Assembly (NCBI GenBank): GCA_039815375.1
Contig: JBCBZJ010000016.1
Location: forward strand, 13,913-77,912
DNA: 64,000 nucleotides
Reading direction: 5' to 3'
From: Verrucomicrobiota bacterium
GTDB lineage: Bacteria > Verrucomicrobiota > Verrucomicrobiia > Opitutales > Coraliomargaritaceae
A model generated the notes under the pieces. The model saw nothing but the letters and a program-made list of their open reading frames with translations, was not told the DNA's origin and ran no database searches. This document shows, piece by piece, positions 21,491 to 33,491 of this stretch (within the stretch, counting starts at the first letter, position 1; every line of letters begins with the position of its first letter). Position numbers and translations under genes: made by a program.

Positions 21491-22768
21491 ATGAAGTCCT
21501 CTACCGACCTTTTCCAACGCGCGCAGCAGCTCATCCCTGGTGGCGTCAATTCCCCCGTTCGAGCCTTCCGATCCGTCGGCGGTGCGCCATTCTTTACACG
21601 GTCTGCTCAGGGGGCAACTCTGACAACCAGCGACGGCAAAGAGCTAATCGACTTCGTCTGCACCTGGGGGCCGGCCGTTCACGGGCACAACGATCCGGAT
21701 ATCCGTGCCGCTGTAGCCGCAGCACTCGACAATGGGACCAGCTTTGGCACTCCGAATCCTTACGAAGTCGAAATGGCCGAGCTCATCATTGAATTGGTTC
21801 CATCTGTCGAAAAAGTCCGTCTCTGTAACTCCGGGACCGAAGCTACGATGTCAGCGATTCGCCTCGCTCGTGGCTACACTGGTCGCAACAAGATCATAAA
21901 GTTTGCAGGCTGTTATCACGGCCACGTCGATTCGCTTCTCGTCAAGGCCGGATCCGGAGCACTTACCCTCGGCAACCCGGACAGTGCAGGTATACCCGCC
22001 GGATTTGCAGCCGAAACCCTCGTCCTCGATTACAATGATACGGAGGCCATCAGGAAATGCTTCCTCGAGCACGGTTCTGAAATCGCAGCGATCATCGTCG
22101 AGCCTTATCCTGCCAACTGCGGGCTAATTTTGCCAGATGAAGGTTACTTGGAATACCTTCGCGACTTATCTACCGAGAATGGCAGCGTGCTGATCTTCGA
22201 CGAGGTCATGACCGGGTTTCGGCTGGCGGCCGGTGGTGTTCAGGAACGGGTCGGCATCACCCCGGATCTAACTGCGATGGGCAAAATCATCGGTGGCGGC
22301 CTACCCGTCGGTGCCTTCGGCGGCAAAGCCGACATCATGGACCACCTCGCACCACTTGGTCCGGTCTATCAAGCCGGCACACTAAGCGGCAACCCTCTCG
22401 CCATGGCCGCAGGAATTGCAGCCCTTAAAAAACTAAAAGAACTGAATCCATATCCACTCTTTGAAAAACTCGGTGCGCAAATCCGGGATGCACTAGTCGA
22501 AGCCGCAACCGCAAAGGGCCTACCGCTACAGGTTCCACAGGTCGGATCCATGTTTGCCCTCTTTTTCAGTGAGACTCCCGTCCGCAACTACGAAGATGCC
22601 ACCAGCAGCGCGATAGAGCATTTCAATACCGTTTTCCACTATGCCCTCGAGCACGGTGTCTACCTGCCACCTTCGGCCTACGAAACATGCTTCCTCTGCA
22701 CCGCGCACAATGGCGCTGCGATCGAAAAGGCAGCAACAATCTTAACCGACGGTATTAAGAGTATCTGA
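21491..22768 (+). CDS. hemL: Glutamate-1-semialdehyde 2,1-aminomutase
   Basis: [29 protein letters not shown] and [10 protein letters not shown] motifs. Confidence 0.97.
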   Translation: MKSSTDLFQRAQQLIPGGVNSPVRAFRSVGGAPFFTRSAQGATLTTSDGKELIDFVCTWGPAVHGHNDPDIRAAVAAALDNGTSFGTPNPYEVEMAELIIELVPSVEKVRLCNSGTEATMSAIRLARGYTGRNKIIKFAGCYHGHVDSLLVKAGSGALTLGNPDSAGIPAGFAAETLVLDYNDTEAIRKCFLEHGSEIAAIIVEPYPANCGLILPDEGYLEYLRDLSTENGSVLIFDEVMTGFRLAAGGVQERVGITPDLTAMGKIIGGGLPVGAFGGKADIMDHLAPLGPVYQAGTLSGNPLAMAAGIAALKKLKELNPYPLFEKLGAQIRDALVEAATAKGLPLQVPQVGSMFALFFSETPVRNYEDATSSAIEHFNTVFHYALEHGVYLPPSAYETCFLCTAHNGAAIEKAATILTDGIKSI

Positions 22769-22774
22769 TTACAA

Positions 22775-23902
22775 TCACCAAGGCGTGATCCGTCTCAACC
22801 AACGCGGAGGCTGCTCATAGGTCGGCACCGGACGATCTTCGGTCGGCATTTTCACATCAGGGTGCTTCAGCCAGACAGGCTCGATACGGATCTTACTTCG
22901 TTCGAATTCACCCAATCCCAGACTCGCGGCAAAAGGAAGTTGGCGTGGCATCGGGTCGATTTCGGGGAAACCTTCCAGTCGACGCAAAGTATTGATCCGG
23001 TCATAAAGCAAACGATCCAGCGCCACCGGATCGCTGCTCATCCAAAGCCGCGGCTCGGATCGAGTGTAAATCGCGTTGAAAAACGGGCCACCGATAAACT
23101 GATACGCTTCTAATGAGACGAAATTGAGAACGAGCCGTTCAGCTAACTCTGGTATCGCAGCAATCTCTGCGACAGCTGCCGATGCGGTGGCCTGATTAAC
23201 TAGAAAACGACGGCTGTTGCTTACATTCCAGAGCGTTGCATTAGCCAAAGCTCCATCAATGCCGAGCGCTGGATCGTCGACACCAACTGCAAGATTGAGC
23301 CAAAAATCGACTTCAAAGAGAAGAGGCTCAGGCAAATAGCTTTTACGCTCCTCCATCCCCTCGCTCAATGAGTTGCGACGCCCCCCGTCAATCAAGAGCT
23401 GAGGCTCCTGCTGAAAAGCCGGCGGCAATGGGCTATCGTAGAACCAATCGGCATCGTAAAAATTACCACTATCCAATGCCAGAACCTGAGCTCCATCGAA
23501 TTGAAAGTCATTCCCACTCAATGGCGGCATGATACCGGCAGAACGGAGCTGGTGCCCCGAGTAGTCAACGATCAGAATGTTCTCCCGCTCAAAGCCACGT
23601 GCTTCGAGTGATCTGATAACCGCCCGAATTAGCGCGCGCGGCGTGGCCAGGCCCCGGCCACCGCGAGCATTCACTTTGAGCCCGACCTTACCGCGTTTTT
23701 CGGGAGCGAGCGAGTTTCCAGTCGAAGATTCATAAACGGCTAAGAGTGCTTCAACCTCGGTGTAGTAGTCCGTCTGAGGTGCGAGATTTGCCTCCCAAAC
23801 AAGTCCAAGTGGTCCACGCTGTGGTAAGCTGTCCGCTAACAAGTTGGGTATTAGGATCGAAGCAAGAAGAGACAGGCAAAGTAGTCCGCGAAACCTATCC
23901 AC
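22775..23902 (-). CDS. Exported DUF362-like protein
   Basis: KVGLKVN and MSSDPVALD resemble DUF362; signal-like N-terminus from GTG at 23902 (start uncertain). Confidence 0.55.
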   Translation of the reverse strand: MDRFRGLLCLSLLASILIPNLLADSLPQRGPLGLVWEANLAPQTDYYTEVEALLAVYESSTGNSLAPEKRGKVGLKVNARGGRGLATPRALIRAVIRSLEARGFERENILIVDYSGHQLRSAGIMPPLSGNDFQFDGAQVLALDSGNFYDADWFYDSPLPPAFQQEPQLLIDGGRRNSLSEGMEERKSYLPEPLLFEVDFWLNLAVGVDDPALGIDGALANATLWNVSNSRRFLVNQATASAAVAEIAAIPELAERLVLNFVSLEAYQFIGGPFFNAIYTRSEPRLWMSSDPVALDRLLYDRINTLRRLEGFPEIDPMPRQLPFAASLGLGEFERSKIRIEPVWLKHPDVKMPTEDRPVPTYEQPPRWLRRITPW

Positions 23903-23987
23903 TTGACAGGTAAAGAGGGGCCACGAAAGTGAGAGCTTCGCCGCGCTATCGTTATCATTGTGCACTGGATGCACAAAATTCTCAGAC

Positions 23988-25628
23988 ATGTTAAACGCAA
24001 CTATCAAACCATTTCTCCTGCTTTTATTGATTGCGACACTTGGCGGCCTGACAGGTTGCAGTAGCCCCGAAGAAAAGCGGGCCAAACAAATCCAGAGCGC
24101 ACTTGAGCTATACCGCGAAGGCAGCCACACCGAAGCGCTTGGTATTCTGGAGGATCTGGCTATCCTATTTCCCAACGATTCGGAAATATTATACACAATG
24201 GGGAGAATTTATGCGACCGAGGGCGACTTTAGTATGGCCGCTTTTTTCTTGGAGCAGGCCCACCTCCAGGAACCCGATAATGTCGAGCTTCTTGACCAAA
24301 CCTATCAGGCACTTTTCACGGCCGGCCAACCGAGCGGAAACACTTTGGAAAAACTCCTTGCGCTCTCGCCCGACCGTATGACGAACGAACGCTGGGTCCG
24401 GCTCGGTGAATATCGTGTTGCCAATAACCAAACCGAAGCTGCGCTCGAAGCCTACCTTAAAGGCGTCAATCCGGACGAGGCTGAGCCGTCTCCTGAAACG
24501 GCTGCAGCCATTGGGCAACTTTTTGCCAAACTTGATAATGCACCCCAGGCAGCCGATTGGTTTGAAATAGCGGCGGGCAGCAACGATCCTTCCGCTCTCA
24601 CTGCTCTATTCGGCCTTTTGGAAATACAGCTTGGTCAGCAATCCTGGACTGAAGCGGAAAGAACCATCGCGCGGCTGGAAAAGCAATTTCCCGGCGCAAT
24701 CGACGCCAGCGAATGGAAAGAAGCCAGCGAAGAATTGAAAGAATGGCGCAAAGCCCAGGAAGTAATGAAAGCCAAGCTTGCGGCCGCCGAGGCCGCAAAA
24801 AAGGCCGAGGAAAAGGCTGCTCAGGCAACTGTCGAAGCACCCACTGAAGCAACAGAAGTCCTGGACGAGGCGGTAGAAGGCAAATCCCAAGTCATCGCGG
24901 ATTTGGAAGCCGCAGAAGCTTTGGCAAATCAACCCGCAGAAGAAACCAGTGTTAGCATGGAACTTGCAGACGCTGCAGCAATTGAAGAAGCAGCGGATAA
25001 AACCAAAGCCATCACCTTCGACCCCAGTATCGCAGTTGAGCCCGCAGAGCCGAATCAGAGCTTCTCGGTCAGCTACGATGAAGAAGCTCGCTCACCCGAG
25101 ACAAGCTATGCCGTCGAAGCAAGCGCGACTGAAGATACGACCTCTCCGGTTCAACCAGTCCTCCCGACCAAGACTGTTGACGAGCTGCTTGCCGATGCTG
25201 AGACCGCGGAGATTGATCGAGACTTTAAAGGCGCAATTCGTAAATACTGGTCCGCCCTGGGTATCGAGGATGAACGGGCTGATGTCTGGAACTTACTCTC
25301 CCGGGCATACCTCGTTGATTCACAGTTGAAGAACGCTGAGACCGCCGCTCTCGAATCCGTTCGCCTCGCGCCCAATGAAGTAAGCTACACGCTGGACTAT
25401 CTTCGCGTCGCCCAAAGATCCTTGGAGCCCAAGGATTTTCTGGCCCAGCTTGAGACCGCCTACGACCGTTTTCCCTCCAGTCCGGAAATTACACTTTCAC
25501 TAGCACGCGCCCACGAACGTATCAGCAAAGATAACTTCGTCGCTCGTAATCTCTACCTTCGCTTTATTGATATCGCTCCGAACCATCCACTGGTGCCCGA
25601 GGCTAGAGATGCAGTTGCGCGCCTGTAA
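23988..25628 (+). CDS. TPR-repeat lipoprotein
   Basis: Lipobox LTGC; TPR-like helices on both sides of an Ala/Glu-rich linker. Confidence 0.8.
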   Translation: MLNATIKPFLLLLLIATLGGLTGCSSPEEKRAKQIQSALELYREGSHTEALGILEDLAILFPNDSEILYTMGRIYATEGDFSMAAFFLEQAHLQEPDNVELLDQTYQALFTAGQPSGNTLEKLLALSPDRMTNERWVRLGEYRVANNQTEAALEAYLKGVNPDEAEPSPETAAAIGQLFAKLDNAPQAADWFEIAAGSNDPSALTALFGLLEIQLGQQSWTEAERTIARLEKQFPGAIDASEWKEASEELKEWRKAQEVMKAKLAAAEAAKKAEEKAAQATVEAPTEATEVLDEAVEGKSQVIADLEAAEALANQPAEETSVSMELADAAAIEEAADKTKAITFDPSIAVEPAEPNQSFSVSYDEEARSPETSYAVEASATEDTTSPVQPVLPTKTVDELLADAETAEIDRDFKGAIRKYWSALGIEDERADVWNLLSRAYLVDSQLKNAETAALESVRLAPNEVSYTLDYLRVAQRSLEPKDFLAQLETAYDRFPSSPEITLSLARAHERISKDNFVARNLYLRFIDIAPNHPLVPEARDAVARL

Positions 25629-25690
25629 CGGGATTGGGAATTGCTCAATCAGAATCTAAATTCTAACTTCCGGAGTCATACTACTTCCTC

Positions 25691-27517
25691 TTGCCCCGAA
25701 TCGCTCAAAGGTCGATTGAAGCAATCAAACACCAAGTCAACCTGGTGGATTTGGTTTCACCCTACGTCCAGCTCAAACGTGCCGGAAGGTCGTGGAAAGG
25801 CTTAAGCCCTTTCACTACCGAAAAGACACCTTCGTTCTACGTCCACCCGGATCGTGGCTTTTACAAGTGCTTTAGCACCGGCGAGGGCGGCGATGCATTC
25901 AGCTTCGTCATGAAGATGGAGAACCTTGAGTTCATTGAGGCCATCGAGTTTATCGCCAAGAAGTTCAATATAAATCTAGAATACGAAGAAGGCGGCCCTT
26001 CACGCGAAGAGATGTCGCTGCGCAAGCAGATTTTCGAGCTTCACGAGATTGCATGCGACTGGTTCCACCGTCAATTGGTCGAATCTGCCGAGGCTGCACC
26101 GGTCCGCACGTACTGGAGAGAGCAGCGAGGTTTCACCGGTGAAGTTGCGAAGGAATTCAAGATTGGATATGCACCTGCAGCGCAAAACGCTTTCGCACTT
26201 CATTGTAAAGAACGTGGTGTCTCTATCGCCGCGATGCATCAATCCGGCCTCTTCTTCGCTCGAGACCGTGAACAGGAACATACTTATTTTAAATCACGCT
26301 TTCGCGGCCGGCTGATGATTCCTATCCGCGACGTGCAGGGCCGAGTCGTAGCCTTTACTGCACGCCAGCTCGAACAGACGCCCCAGGACGATCCGGCTCG
26401 GGACGCGAAATATATTAACTCACCTGAGACACCGGTCTTTCACAAAGGCCGCATCCTCTTCGGTCTCGACCATGCCCGCACCTACCTCAAGGAAGGCGAC
26501 AGCTTTCTTCTAGTCGAAGGCCAGCTCGATGCTATCCGCTGTTGGACTGTCGGGCTGCACACCGCAGTTGCACCGCAGGGCACAGCCATAACAGACGAGC
26601 AACTCGCCCTCCTCCGCCGCTACGAACCTTCCAGCGTCGAGTGTCTTCTGGACGGTGATTCTGCAGGCCGCAAGGCTGCGATCCGAGCACTTCCCCTAGC
26701 CTTCAAAGCAAGCCTCGAATTCCGCTACCTTCTATTGCCGGAAAAAGTCGATCCGGACGACCTCCTCCGTGAAAAAGGTGCCGCTGCACTCGAAACACTT
26801 AGAAAGACCTCCAAAAATGGAATCGAGCTGAGTATAGCGGACAGCTTACCCGAAGATCGAGAAGCCAGCACAAGAGACAAGACCGTCGCATTGCGCAATG
26901 TCTTTGAACTGTTGACTCATGTTACTTCTGAAGTCGCTCGAGAGGACTATATCCAGACTGCGTCCCGACTTCTGAATGTGGATCCGCAGGCTGCACTTCG
27001 GGACTACAATCAATTTGCGCGTCAAAAGCCCGTAGCAAATAGGGCAGGCAGCCCTGAAGATACCCAAGAAGGGAGCAAAGACCCGCTATTGACACAAGCA
27101 ACATGGGAACTACTTTGGCTCGTTTTACATCATCCGGAATACGCCATGTCTGTTTCGGAAATAATTGATTACGAATGGATTAATATAAATTCACCAGCTG
27201 GACGCTTTCTTGCCAGATTGCTTGCCGAACTGCGCGAAGGCCTGATCGAAAGCAGTGACCAAATTGAAAATCTAATCGACAGTAGTGAAGACAGACAAGT
27301 TCTGGCCGACATTCATTCACGCGACTTGGAGGTCGAAGAACCAAAAGAACACATCGAATTCTGCCTCAAGCGTCTCTTCAGAAAACACCACGAAATACGA
27401 ATTAAGGAACTGGAACAAAAGATACTCAACGCTGACCCCGAAGAACAACTCAAGCTCATGAAAGAGCGCAAAGAACTTCACGCAGCACTCTCCAAACCAT
27501 TTGAAATCCAGATCTAG
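25691..27517 (+). CDS. dnaG: DNA primase
   Basis: [36 protein letters not shown] and DGDSAG motifs; lies upstream of rpoD. Confidence 0.97.
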   Translation: MPRIAQRSIEAIKHQVNLVDLVSPYVQLKRAGRSWKGLSPFTTEKTPSFYVHPDRGFYKCFSTGEGGDAFSFVMKMENLEFIEAIEFIAKKFNINLEYEEGGPSREEMSLRKQIFELHEIACDWFHRQLVESAEAAPVRTYWREQRGFTGEVAKEFKIGYAPAAQNAFALHCKERGVSIAAMHQSGLFFARDREQEHTYFKSRFRGRLMIPIRDVQGRVVAFTARQLEQTPQDDPARDAKYINSPETPVFHKGRILFGLDHARTYLKEGDSFLLVEGQLDAIRCWTVGLHTAVAPQGTAITDEQLALLRRYEPSSVECLLDGDSAGRKAAIRALPLAFKASLEFRYLLLPEKVDPDDLLREKGAAALETLRKTSKNGIELSIADSLPEDREASTRDKTVALRNVFELLTHVTSEVAREDYIQTASRLLNVDPQAALRDYNQFARQKPVANRAGSPEDTQEGSKDPLLTQATWELLWLVLHHPEYAMSVSEIIDYEWININSPAGRFLARLLAELREGLIESSDQIENLIDSSEDRQVLADIHSRDLEVEEPKEHIEFCLKRLFRKHHEIRIKELEQKILNADPEEQLKLMKERKELHAALSKPFEIQI

Positions 27518-27554
27518 CTCAACCTTTTCAATCTCTTCCCAACAACAATATACT

Positions 27555-29573
27555 ATGCCCGCCGCGAAAAAGAAAACCGCCAAAAAGAAAGCGAAGAAAG
27601 CAGCTCCCGAGAAAGCTGTAAAAAAAGCCGCCAAGAAAGCGGTTAAGAAAAAAATTCCTGCAAAAAAGGCTGCGAAGAAGTCTCCCGCGAAAAAGAAAGT
27701 TGCTGCAAAGAAAACGACGAAAAAAGCGGCCGCTAAAAAGCCAGCAGGGAAAACTTCCGAAACCAAGAAAGCAGCAGCTCCTAAAAGAAAGGCCTCGGAA
27801 ACCGAAGAGACTGCCGAGTCTAAGGAAGAAGCCGAGATCGAGCTTGAAGCGGCGACTAAGAAAGTCGCGCGTAAGCGTAAGCTCTCCGTCAAGGCTCAGG
27901 AAAAGCTCAATGAACGCATCCGTAGCTTGATTCGCCTTTCCAAGGAACAAAGTTTCCTGACTTACAAAGATATCAACAAGGCGCTGCCGGACTCGGTCAA
28001 CAATCCGGAAGAAATTGAGAACGTCATCTCTATCCTTCAGAATCTGGAGGTTGAAATTCTCGACGATTCAGAAGTCGAGGCTTTTAAAGCCCGTCAGGAG
28101 GAAAGCGAAGAAAAGGAAGTGCGCAGTTCGCAGAATGACATCCTCGACGATCCCGTCCGGATGTATCTCAAACAGATGGGCCAGGTCCCCCTCCTCACCC
28201 GCGAGGAAGAAGTTGCCATTTCCAAGCGCATTGAAAAAGCTGAACTTCGTGCTCAGGACGCCCTGTTTTCTACTGCGCTGACACTTGAGTTCCAGAACGA
28301 TGTCGTTCAGAAGCTACTCAACCGCGAAGAACGTTTCGACCGAGTCGTGCTCGATAAGAAGATCGAAAGTCGTGAAGCCTACTTCAACAGCTTGCCCAAG
28401 CTGCTCGAAGAAGCGCACAAACTGGGTGACCGAATTTATACTGCCTGGGATAGTTGCCAGACGGCGAGCAGCGATTCCAACGCGAAGCGCGCGCGCACGA
28501 GGATGAAAAAATACGAGGACGAGCTCCGCAAAGTCCTGCGTAAATATTGCCTTAAACTCAAGTGCTTCGAGGAATTCCTGAACAACTTAAATCCGGTTTA
28601 CCGTGAGATCAGCAACCTCTATGAAGACCTTGACGCTGCAAATCAGGTTTCCGCTCGCCGCCGCAAGAAAGTTGATGTCAAGGCGGTCAACAAACGCCTC
28701 GATGCCCTAAAAGTTGAATTCAAAATGGACCCGGCCGAATTCCGCGATATCATTCGCGAAGTTCGCACTGGTATGCGCGAGGCCCACAAGGCCAAGACTG
28801 AAATGGTCGAAGCTAACCTCCGTCTGGTTATTTCCATCGCAAAGAAATACACCAACCGTGGCCTATCTTTCCTGGACCTGATTCAGGAAGGCAATATGGG
28901 CCTGATGAAAGCGGTAGAAAAATTCGAGTATCGGCGCGGCTACAAGTTCTCCACTTACGCTACCTGGTGGATCCGTCAGGCCATCACACGCTCTATTGCC
29001 GACCAGGCCCGGACCATCCGGATACCGGTTCACATGATCGAAACACTCAACAAGGTCATGCAGGTCCAGAAACAACTTCTTCAGGAGCTCGGCCACGAGC
29101 CGACCGCAGAGGAAGTTGCTGATGAAATGCGCCTCCCGCTTGAGCGTGTTCAGTCCATCATGAAGATGGCGCAGCAACCGATTTCTCTGCAAAGCCCGGT
29201 CGGGGATTCCGACGATACCAATTTCGGTGACTTTATTGAAGATAAAGGGGCAGAAAACCCCTACGATATGACGGCCTACAGCTTGCTGCGTGAAAAGATC
29301 ACAGACGTCCTCGACTCCTTGACCGAACGCGAACGGCGCGTGCTTTCACTTCGTTTCGGCCTCGCTGACGGCTACTCTCGAACCCTCGAAGAAGTTGGAC
29401 GTCAGTTCAAGGTGACTCGTGAGCGTATTCGCCAGATTGAAGCCAAAGCCCTTCGGAAAATGCGCCACCCGACTCGTATTCGCCAGCTCCACGGTTTCTT
29501 TGAGGGTGACATCAATCTCGAAAAGCCCGGCATGGACAGCATTAAACGAGAAAACGAAAAAGCTAAAAAGTAA
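27555..29573 (+). CDS. rpoD: Primary sigma factor RpoD with Lys/Ala-rich N-terminal tail
   Basis: [33 protein letters not shown] and TRERIRQIE motifs. Confidence 0.97.
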   Translation: MPAAKKKTAKKKAKKAAPEKAVKKAAKKAVKKKIPAKKAAKKSPAKKKVAAKKTTKKAAAKKPAGKTSETKKAAAPKRKASETEETAESKEEAEIELEAATKKVARKRKLSVKAQEKLNERIRSLIRLSKEQSFLTYKDINKALPDSVNNPEEIENVISILQNLEVEILDDSEVEAFKARQEESEEKEVRSSQNDILDDPVRMYLKQMGQVPLLTREEEVAISKRIEKAELRAQDALFSTALTLEFQNDVVQKLLNREERFDRVVLDKKIESREAYFNSLPKLLEEAHKLGDRIYTAWDSCQTASSDSNAKRARTRMKKYEDELRKVLRKYCLKLKCFEEFLNNLNPVYREISNLYEDLDAANQVSARRRKKVDVKAVNKRLDALKVEFKMDPAEFRDIIREVRTGMREAHKAKTEMVEANLRLVISIAKKYTNRGLSFLDLIQEGNMGLMKAVEKFEYRRGYKFSTYATWWIRQAITRSIADQARTIRIPVHMIETLNKVMQVQKQLLQELGHEPTAEEVADEMRLPLERVQSIMKMAQQPISLQSPVGDSDDTNFGDFIEDKGAENPYDMTAYSLLREKITDVLDSLTERERRVLSLRFGLADGYSRTLEEVGRQFKVTRERIRQIEAKALRKMRHPTRIRQLHGFFEGDINLEKPGMDSIKRENEKAKK

Positions 29574-29577
29574 CGCC

Positions 29578-29985
29578 ATGCGGACTTACCCAATTACATT
29601 CCTCACACTTGTCACTGCACTCTTCCTTTCCGCTTGCGGTGGCAATGAGCAAGTCCGTATCACTGAAGGCAGCCAACAAATCGGTTCTTCACCGACCGGC
29701 ACTGTTTACAGCACGAGCGAGGCGAGCATTGTTCACGTCGACGAAATCACACGCATCGCAACTTTCAGCAACGGCAACCAATTTGCCGAAAGCGCGTTCC
29801 TTGTCGTAAATGACCAAAACGGCCAACAAACCGGCCTCTTGAAAGCTATCCCGCAACGCGAAACGGGCCTGCGCACAGCAGATATCCTCGAAGGCGAACC
29901 AGGCATTAACGATACCGTCAGTCTTGCGTCAGAGGAAGAGAGCGCTAAACTTAGTAAAATATATCGTGACCCTGAAAGAGAATAA
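29578..29985 (+). CDS. Hypothetical lipoprotein
   Basis: Lipobox LSAC after MRTYPITF. Confidence 0.7.
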   Translation: MRTYPITFLTLVTALFLSACGGNEQVRITEGSQQIGSSPTGTVYSTSEASIVHVDEITRIATFSNGNQFAESAFLVVNDQNGQQTGLLKAIPQRETGLRTADILEGEPGINDTVSLASEEESAKLSKIYRDPERE

Positions 29986-30026
29986 TCGTATGATGGGTCT
30001 ATCAAAAATCTAAACTCCGTCTTATC

Positions 30027-30299
30027 ATGACACCATTTGCTTTTATTCAAAATCTCTCCAGTTGGGAAATAGTTCTCATCTTTCTTGTTGTTTTGCTTTT
30101 CTTTGGTGCAAAGCGTCTGCCCGAGCTTTTCCGTTCTTTTGGTAAATCGATGAAAGAGTTCAAAAAAGCGACGACCGAGATCGAGGAGGACATTCGCTCT
30201 GCAATGGAGGATGAGCCAAAGCCCTCGACATCAGCTTCAAAACAGGTCGACACGCAAGTCGTCGCATCAACCGAAAGCGAAGACACCAGTAAAGCCTAA
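30027..30299 (+). CDS. tatA: Twin-arginine translocase TatA/E subunit
   Basis: LLFFGAKRLPEL.RS.GK..KEFKK. Confidence 0.93.
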   Translation: MTPFAFIQNLSSWEIVLIFLVVLLFFGAKRLPELFRSFGKSMKEFKKATTEIEEDIRSAMEDEPKPSTSASKQVDTQVVASTESEDTSKA

Positions 30300-30325
30300 T
30301 TACCAAATCAGGTAACACTTTTCCT

Positions 30326-30356
30326 AAAGCGTGCTTCCTGCGAAGTGCGCTTTTTC
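30326..30356 (+). terminator. Intrinsic terminator after tatA
   Basis: AAAGCGTGCTTC-CTGC-GAAGTGCGCTTTTT hairpin with T-run. Confidence 0.75.
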
Positions 30357-30456
30357 ATTTCTTTAGTAGTTAGGGAGGCTTGCCCTTAAGCCCCCGAAAT
30401 TCATTTTTCGAATGCGGACTGTGGAGTCCTTAGGGCAGGTCTCCCTCCTCTAGCCT

Positions 30457-32904
30457 ATGGAAATACGCCAAAAACTCCTCCAGCTTTTCGGAGCAAAAGA
30501 TTACGTTCCCATGCGTCGCATGGAGATTGTTTCGGTGCTCAAACTCAATAAGGACCAGACGAGACAGCTTCATAGCCTGCTCGACGATATGCTGGAACGC
30601 GGCGAAATCGCGAAAGTCAAAAAGGATCGTCTTTGCATTCCTAAAGACGCCGACCTCGTCAGTGGCCGAATCGTTTTCAAACAAAGCGGGTCGGCCACCC
30701 TACTCCCGGACACACAGCCTGGACTAGGCATCTCGGATGGCTATCCGGTTTCAGCTGAAGATACTGGTGTTGCGATGCATGGCGATCAAGTGCTTGCACG
30801 GATCAACGAGCGACCAAAACGCACTTTCGGTCGGCGTGGGAAAAACCAGCGCCCGGCCCATGACCCCCACGCCAAGCCCGGTGTGCGGGTGATTCGTATT
30901 CTTAAACGCGCACGGGAGACAATTGTCGGCACTCTCGAACAAGGCCGACATGCCAGCTTCGTTGTCCCGGACGATCCGCGTATCATTCAGGATATTCTGG
31001 TGCAGGACCCGAGAAATTCCGGCCTGCGCCCCATTCCGAAGAAGGGTGACAAAGTCGTTGTCAAAATGCTCGAATGGCGGCAGCGGCACCTGAATCCCGA
31101 AGGCGAGATCGTCGACGTGCTTGGGCAAACCCACGAACCCGACGCCGAGTTCAAGGCAATTCTCTATAAATATGATCTCGATCCCAAATTTCCGGCGGCG
31201 GTCGAGAAACAAACCGAAGAAATACCGGACGCCGTTCAGCCTGAAGACATTGGCCATCGGAAGGACTGCCGCGAGCTCTTTACTTTCACGATCGACCCGG
31301 ACGATGCGAAGGACTTTGACGATGCGCTTTCGTTGGAGGAGCTCGGAGACGGCAAGGTTCGTATCGGCGTCCACATCGCAGATGTCAGCGGCTACGTCAA
31401 ACCCGGCAGCCCACTTGATGTGGAAGCTCAGGAACGTGGGAATAGCACCTACCTGGTCGGCACCGTCATTCCAATGCTACCTCACGCACTCTCCAATGGA
31501 CTCTGCTCATTGGTTGAAGACCAGGATCGTCTGACCAAGACCTGCTTCATCACCTACAACGAAAAAGCGGAGATCGTCGGCGTAGAATTTGCCAACACTG
31601 TCATCCGTAGTAACAAGCGCCTCACTTACGCGCAGGCCTACGCTTTCATGACAGAGGATAGTCTGGACGCCGTCCGAGCCACGCCACTACCTCCAAAGCA
31701 CCAGACCGGATCGACCGGGCGCCCGCTCACGGACCTGAACAAAGAGGAGATGGGCACGCTGCAATCTCACATTGGTCAGCTATGGCACATTGCCTCACAG
31801 CTTCGAAAGAAACGCTTCCGCAAGGGATCACTCGATCTCGAGATGACTGAGATCAAGATCTACGTCGACGAGGAGGGCTATGCCGACCGGATCGAAAAGC
31901 AAAATCACGACCATAGCCACCAGCTCATTGAAGAGTTCATGCTTGGAGCCAACGAGCAGGTTGCCCGCGTGATGAAGCGCGAGAATTTCCCTAGCCTCTA
32001 TCGAGTTCACGATGAACCCGAAGAAGAAAAGCTTTCCGAACTCCGTGAAACCATGATCACCTTTGGTGTGCCTTGCGGCAACCTGACCAAACCACGCGAA
32101 ATGGCCGCACTGCTCAAAAAGCTAAAGGACCATCCGCAGGGCTACACACTCAAGGTCCACGTTCTACGCAGTCTTAAACAAGCTCAATACCGAGCCAGTG
32201 CAGACGGCCACTACGGGCTTGCCAAACCGGACTACACCCACTTCACCTCTCCCATCCGTCGCTACTCCGACCTCGTCGTTCATCGCGTGCTCGACAACTA
32301 CCTGCATAAAAAAGGCGCAGATTCTGCCCTCGCCGAACCCGAGGTCCGCTACACACAAAACAAACTCGATGGGCTCGGCGACCACCTCAGTATCACAGAG
32401 CGCAATTCAACCGATGCCGAACGCGAGTCGGTCAAAACCAAGCTCCTTGAATTCTACGAGCGTCAGCTGCAGAAAGACGATCAGCAACACTTCCAGGCCA
32501 TCATTACAGACGTCAAAAACCATGGTCTCTATATCGAGCTGACCGATTCACTGGCATTCGGGATGGTCCATGTTTCCACACTCGACGACGACTTCTACTA
32601 TCCCAACGAAGACGGCAGCGCACTTGTTGGCCGCCGCAAGCGCCAGGCCTATGCGCTGGGCCAGCATATCATGGTCACAGTTGAACGTGTCGACCGCTTC
32701 AAGCGCCAGATCGACTTCCGCGTGGTTCACCCCAGTGAATCCGAAAAACCGGTCAAGAAAGCAGTGCGTGCCACTCGACCCTTCGCCAAACGCTCAAAGG
32801 GCCGAAAAGCGGAGCTCACCAAAAAGCTGAAACCGCGCAGCAAAGCTAAAAAAGGCAAAGTCCTGACCAAGCCTCCGAAAAAAATTAGAAGGAAAGAAAA
32901 GTAA
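30457..32904 (+). CDS. rnr: Ribonuclease R
   Basis: [26 protein letters not shown]1 domain and basic tail. Confidence 0.95.
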   Translation: MEIRQKLLQLFGAKDYVPMRRMEIVSVLKLNKDQTRQLHSLLDDMLERGEIAKVKKDRLCIPKDADLVSGRIVFKQSGSATLLPDTQPGLGISDGYPVSAEDTGVAMHGDQVLARINERPKRTFGRRGKNQRPAHDPHAKPGVRVIRILKRARETIVGTLEQGRHASFVVPDDPRIIQDILVQDPRNSGLRPIPKKGDKVVVKMLEWRQRHLNPEGEIVDVLGQTHEPDAEFKAILYKYDLDPKFPAAVEKQTEEIPDAVQPEDIGHRKDCRELFTFTIDPDDAKDFDDALSLEELGDGKVRIGVHIADVSGYVKPGSPLDVEAQERGNSTYLVGTVIPMLPHALSNGLCSLVEDQDRLTKTCFITYNEKAEIVGVEFANTVIRSNKRLTYAQAYAFMTEDSLDAVRATPLPPKHQTGSTGRPLTDLNKEEMGTLQSHIGQLWHIASQLRKKRFRKGSLDLEMTEIKIYVDEEGYADRIEKQNHDHSHQLIEEFMLGANEQVARVMKRENFPSLYRVHDEPEEEKLSELRETMITFGVPCGNLTKPREMAALLKKLKDHPQGYTLKVHVLRSLKQAQYRASADGHYGLAKPDYTHFTSPIRRYSDLVVHRVLDNYLHKKGADSALAEPEVRYTQNKLDGLGDHLSITERNSTDAERESVKTKLLEFYERQLQKDDQQHFQAIITDVKNHGLYIELTDSLAFGMVHVSTLDDDFYYPNEDGSALVGRRKRQAYALGQHIMVTVERVDRFKRQIDFRVVHPSESEKPVKKAVRATRPFAKRSKGRKAELTKKLKPRSKAKKGKVLTKPPKKIRRKEK

Positions 32905-33491
32905 TTGAATACCGAGGATCCTTGCGCGCCTTTTCGACAACCTCAGCCTTCACTCTCGGGGTTAGGCAAATGCAATATAGTTTGAGAGGGTTTTTCTTAA
33001 GAATAGGACATATTTGTATAAAAAATGGGCGATGAATCATCACCGCAAAAGGTACTTCCTCCAAAGGCTCAATCGTTTGAACTCGAAGGAAACGACGTTT
33101 CAGGACGGAGCTGAGATTCTGTATTCTAAACGTCAATTCGAAGCCACCTGAAGAAAAGCTTGGTGGCGAGCCTCGCTTTCAGTTCGGCGAGTATGAGCAT
33201 GTCCAATTGGCGGATGATACAACTGGACCCATTGGCAACGGGGAACAATTCCTCTACCGTATTATTGCACTCGCTTGCTGGAGCGGCACCCAAGTCGACA
33301 ACATCGACAATAACACGCCACTCGTAGCGCCTTCTTTGGCGCGCGCAGATGTCTGATTGGGACCGCAAGTTTTCGCTTTTAAAACAAATGCCAACATCGC
33401 TGATCGAGGACTGAGATTGCTACTGAAAAGATAAATCCAGTAAGGTCCTCAGTGCGATTGCAAAATCTATGATTTTAAATTGTGTCACCGG

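Noticed and set aside
23903..24196. Long N-terminal extension of the 473-aa ORF
   Set aside because: It overlaps the divergent TPR lipoprotein gene; the true start is probably near 23902.
27317..27950. Phe/Ala-rich hydrophobic minus-strand ORFs
   Set aside because: Antisense artefact of the Lys/Ala-rich rpoD tail.
33025..33356. Possible frameshifted small gene (ATG 33025 frame joined to an open frame 33111-33356) and the opposite-strand 80-aa ORF
   Set aside because: No recognisable family or motif in either reading; cannot be supported as a gene or pseudogene without a homology search.
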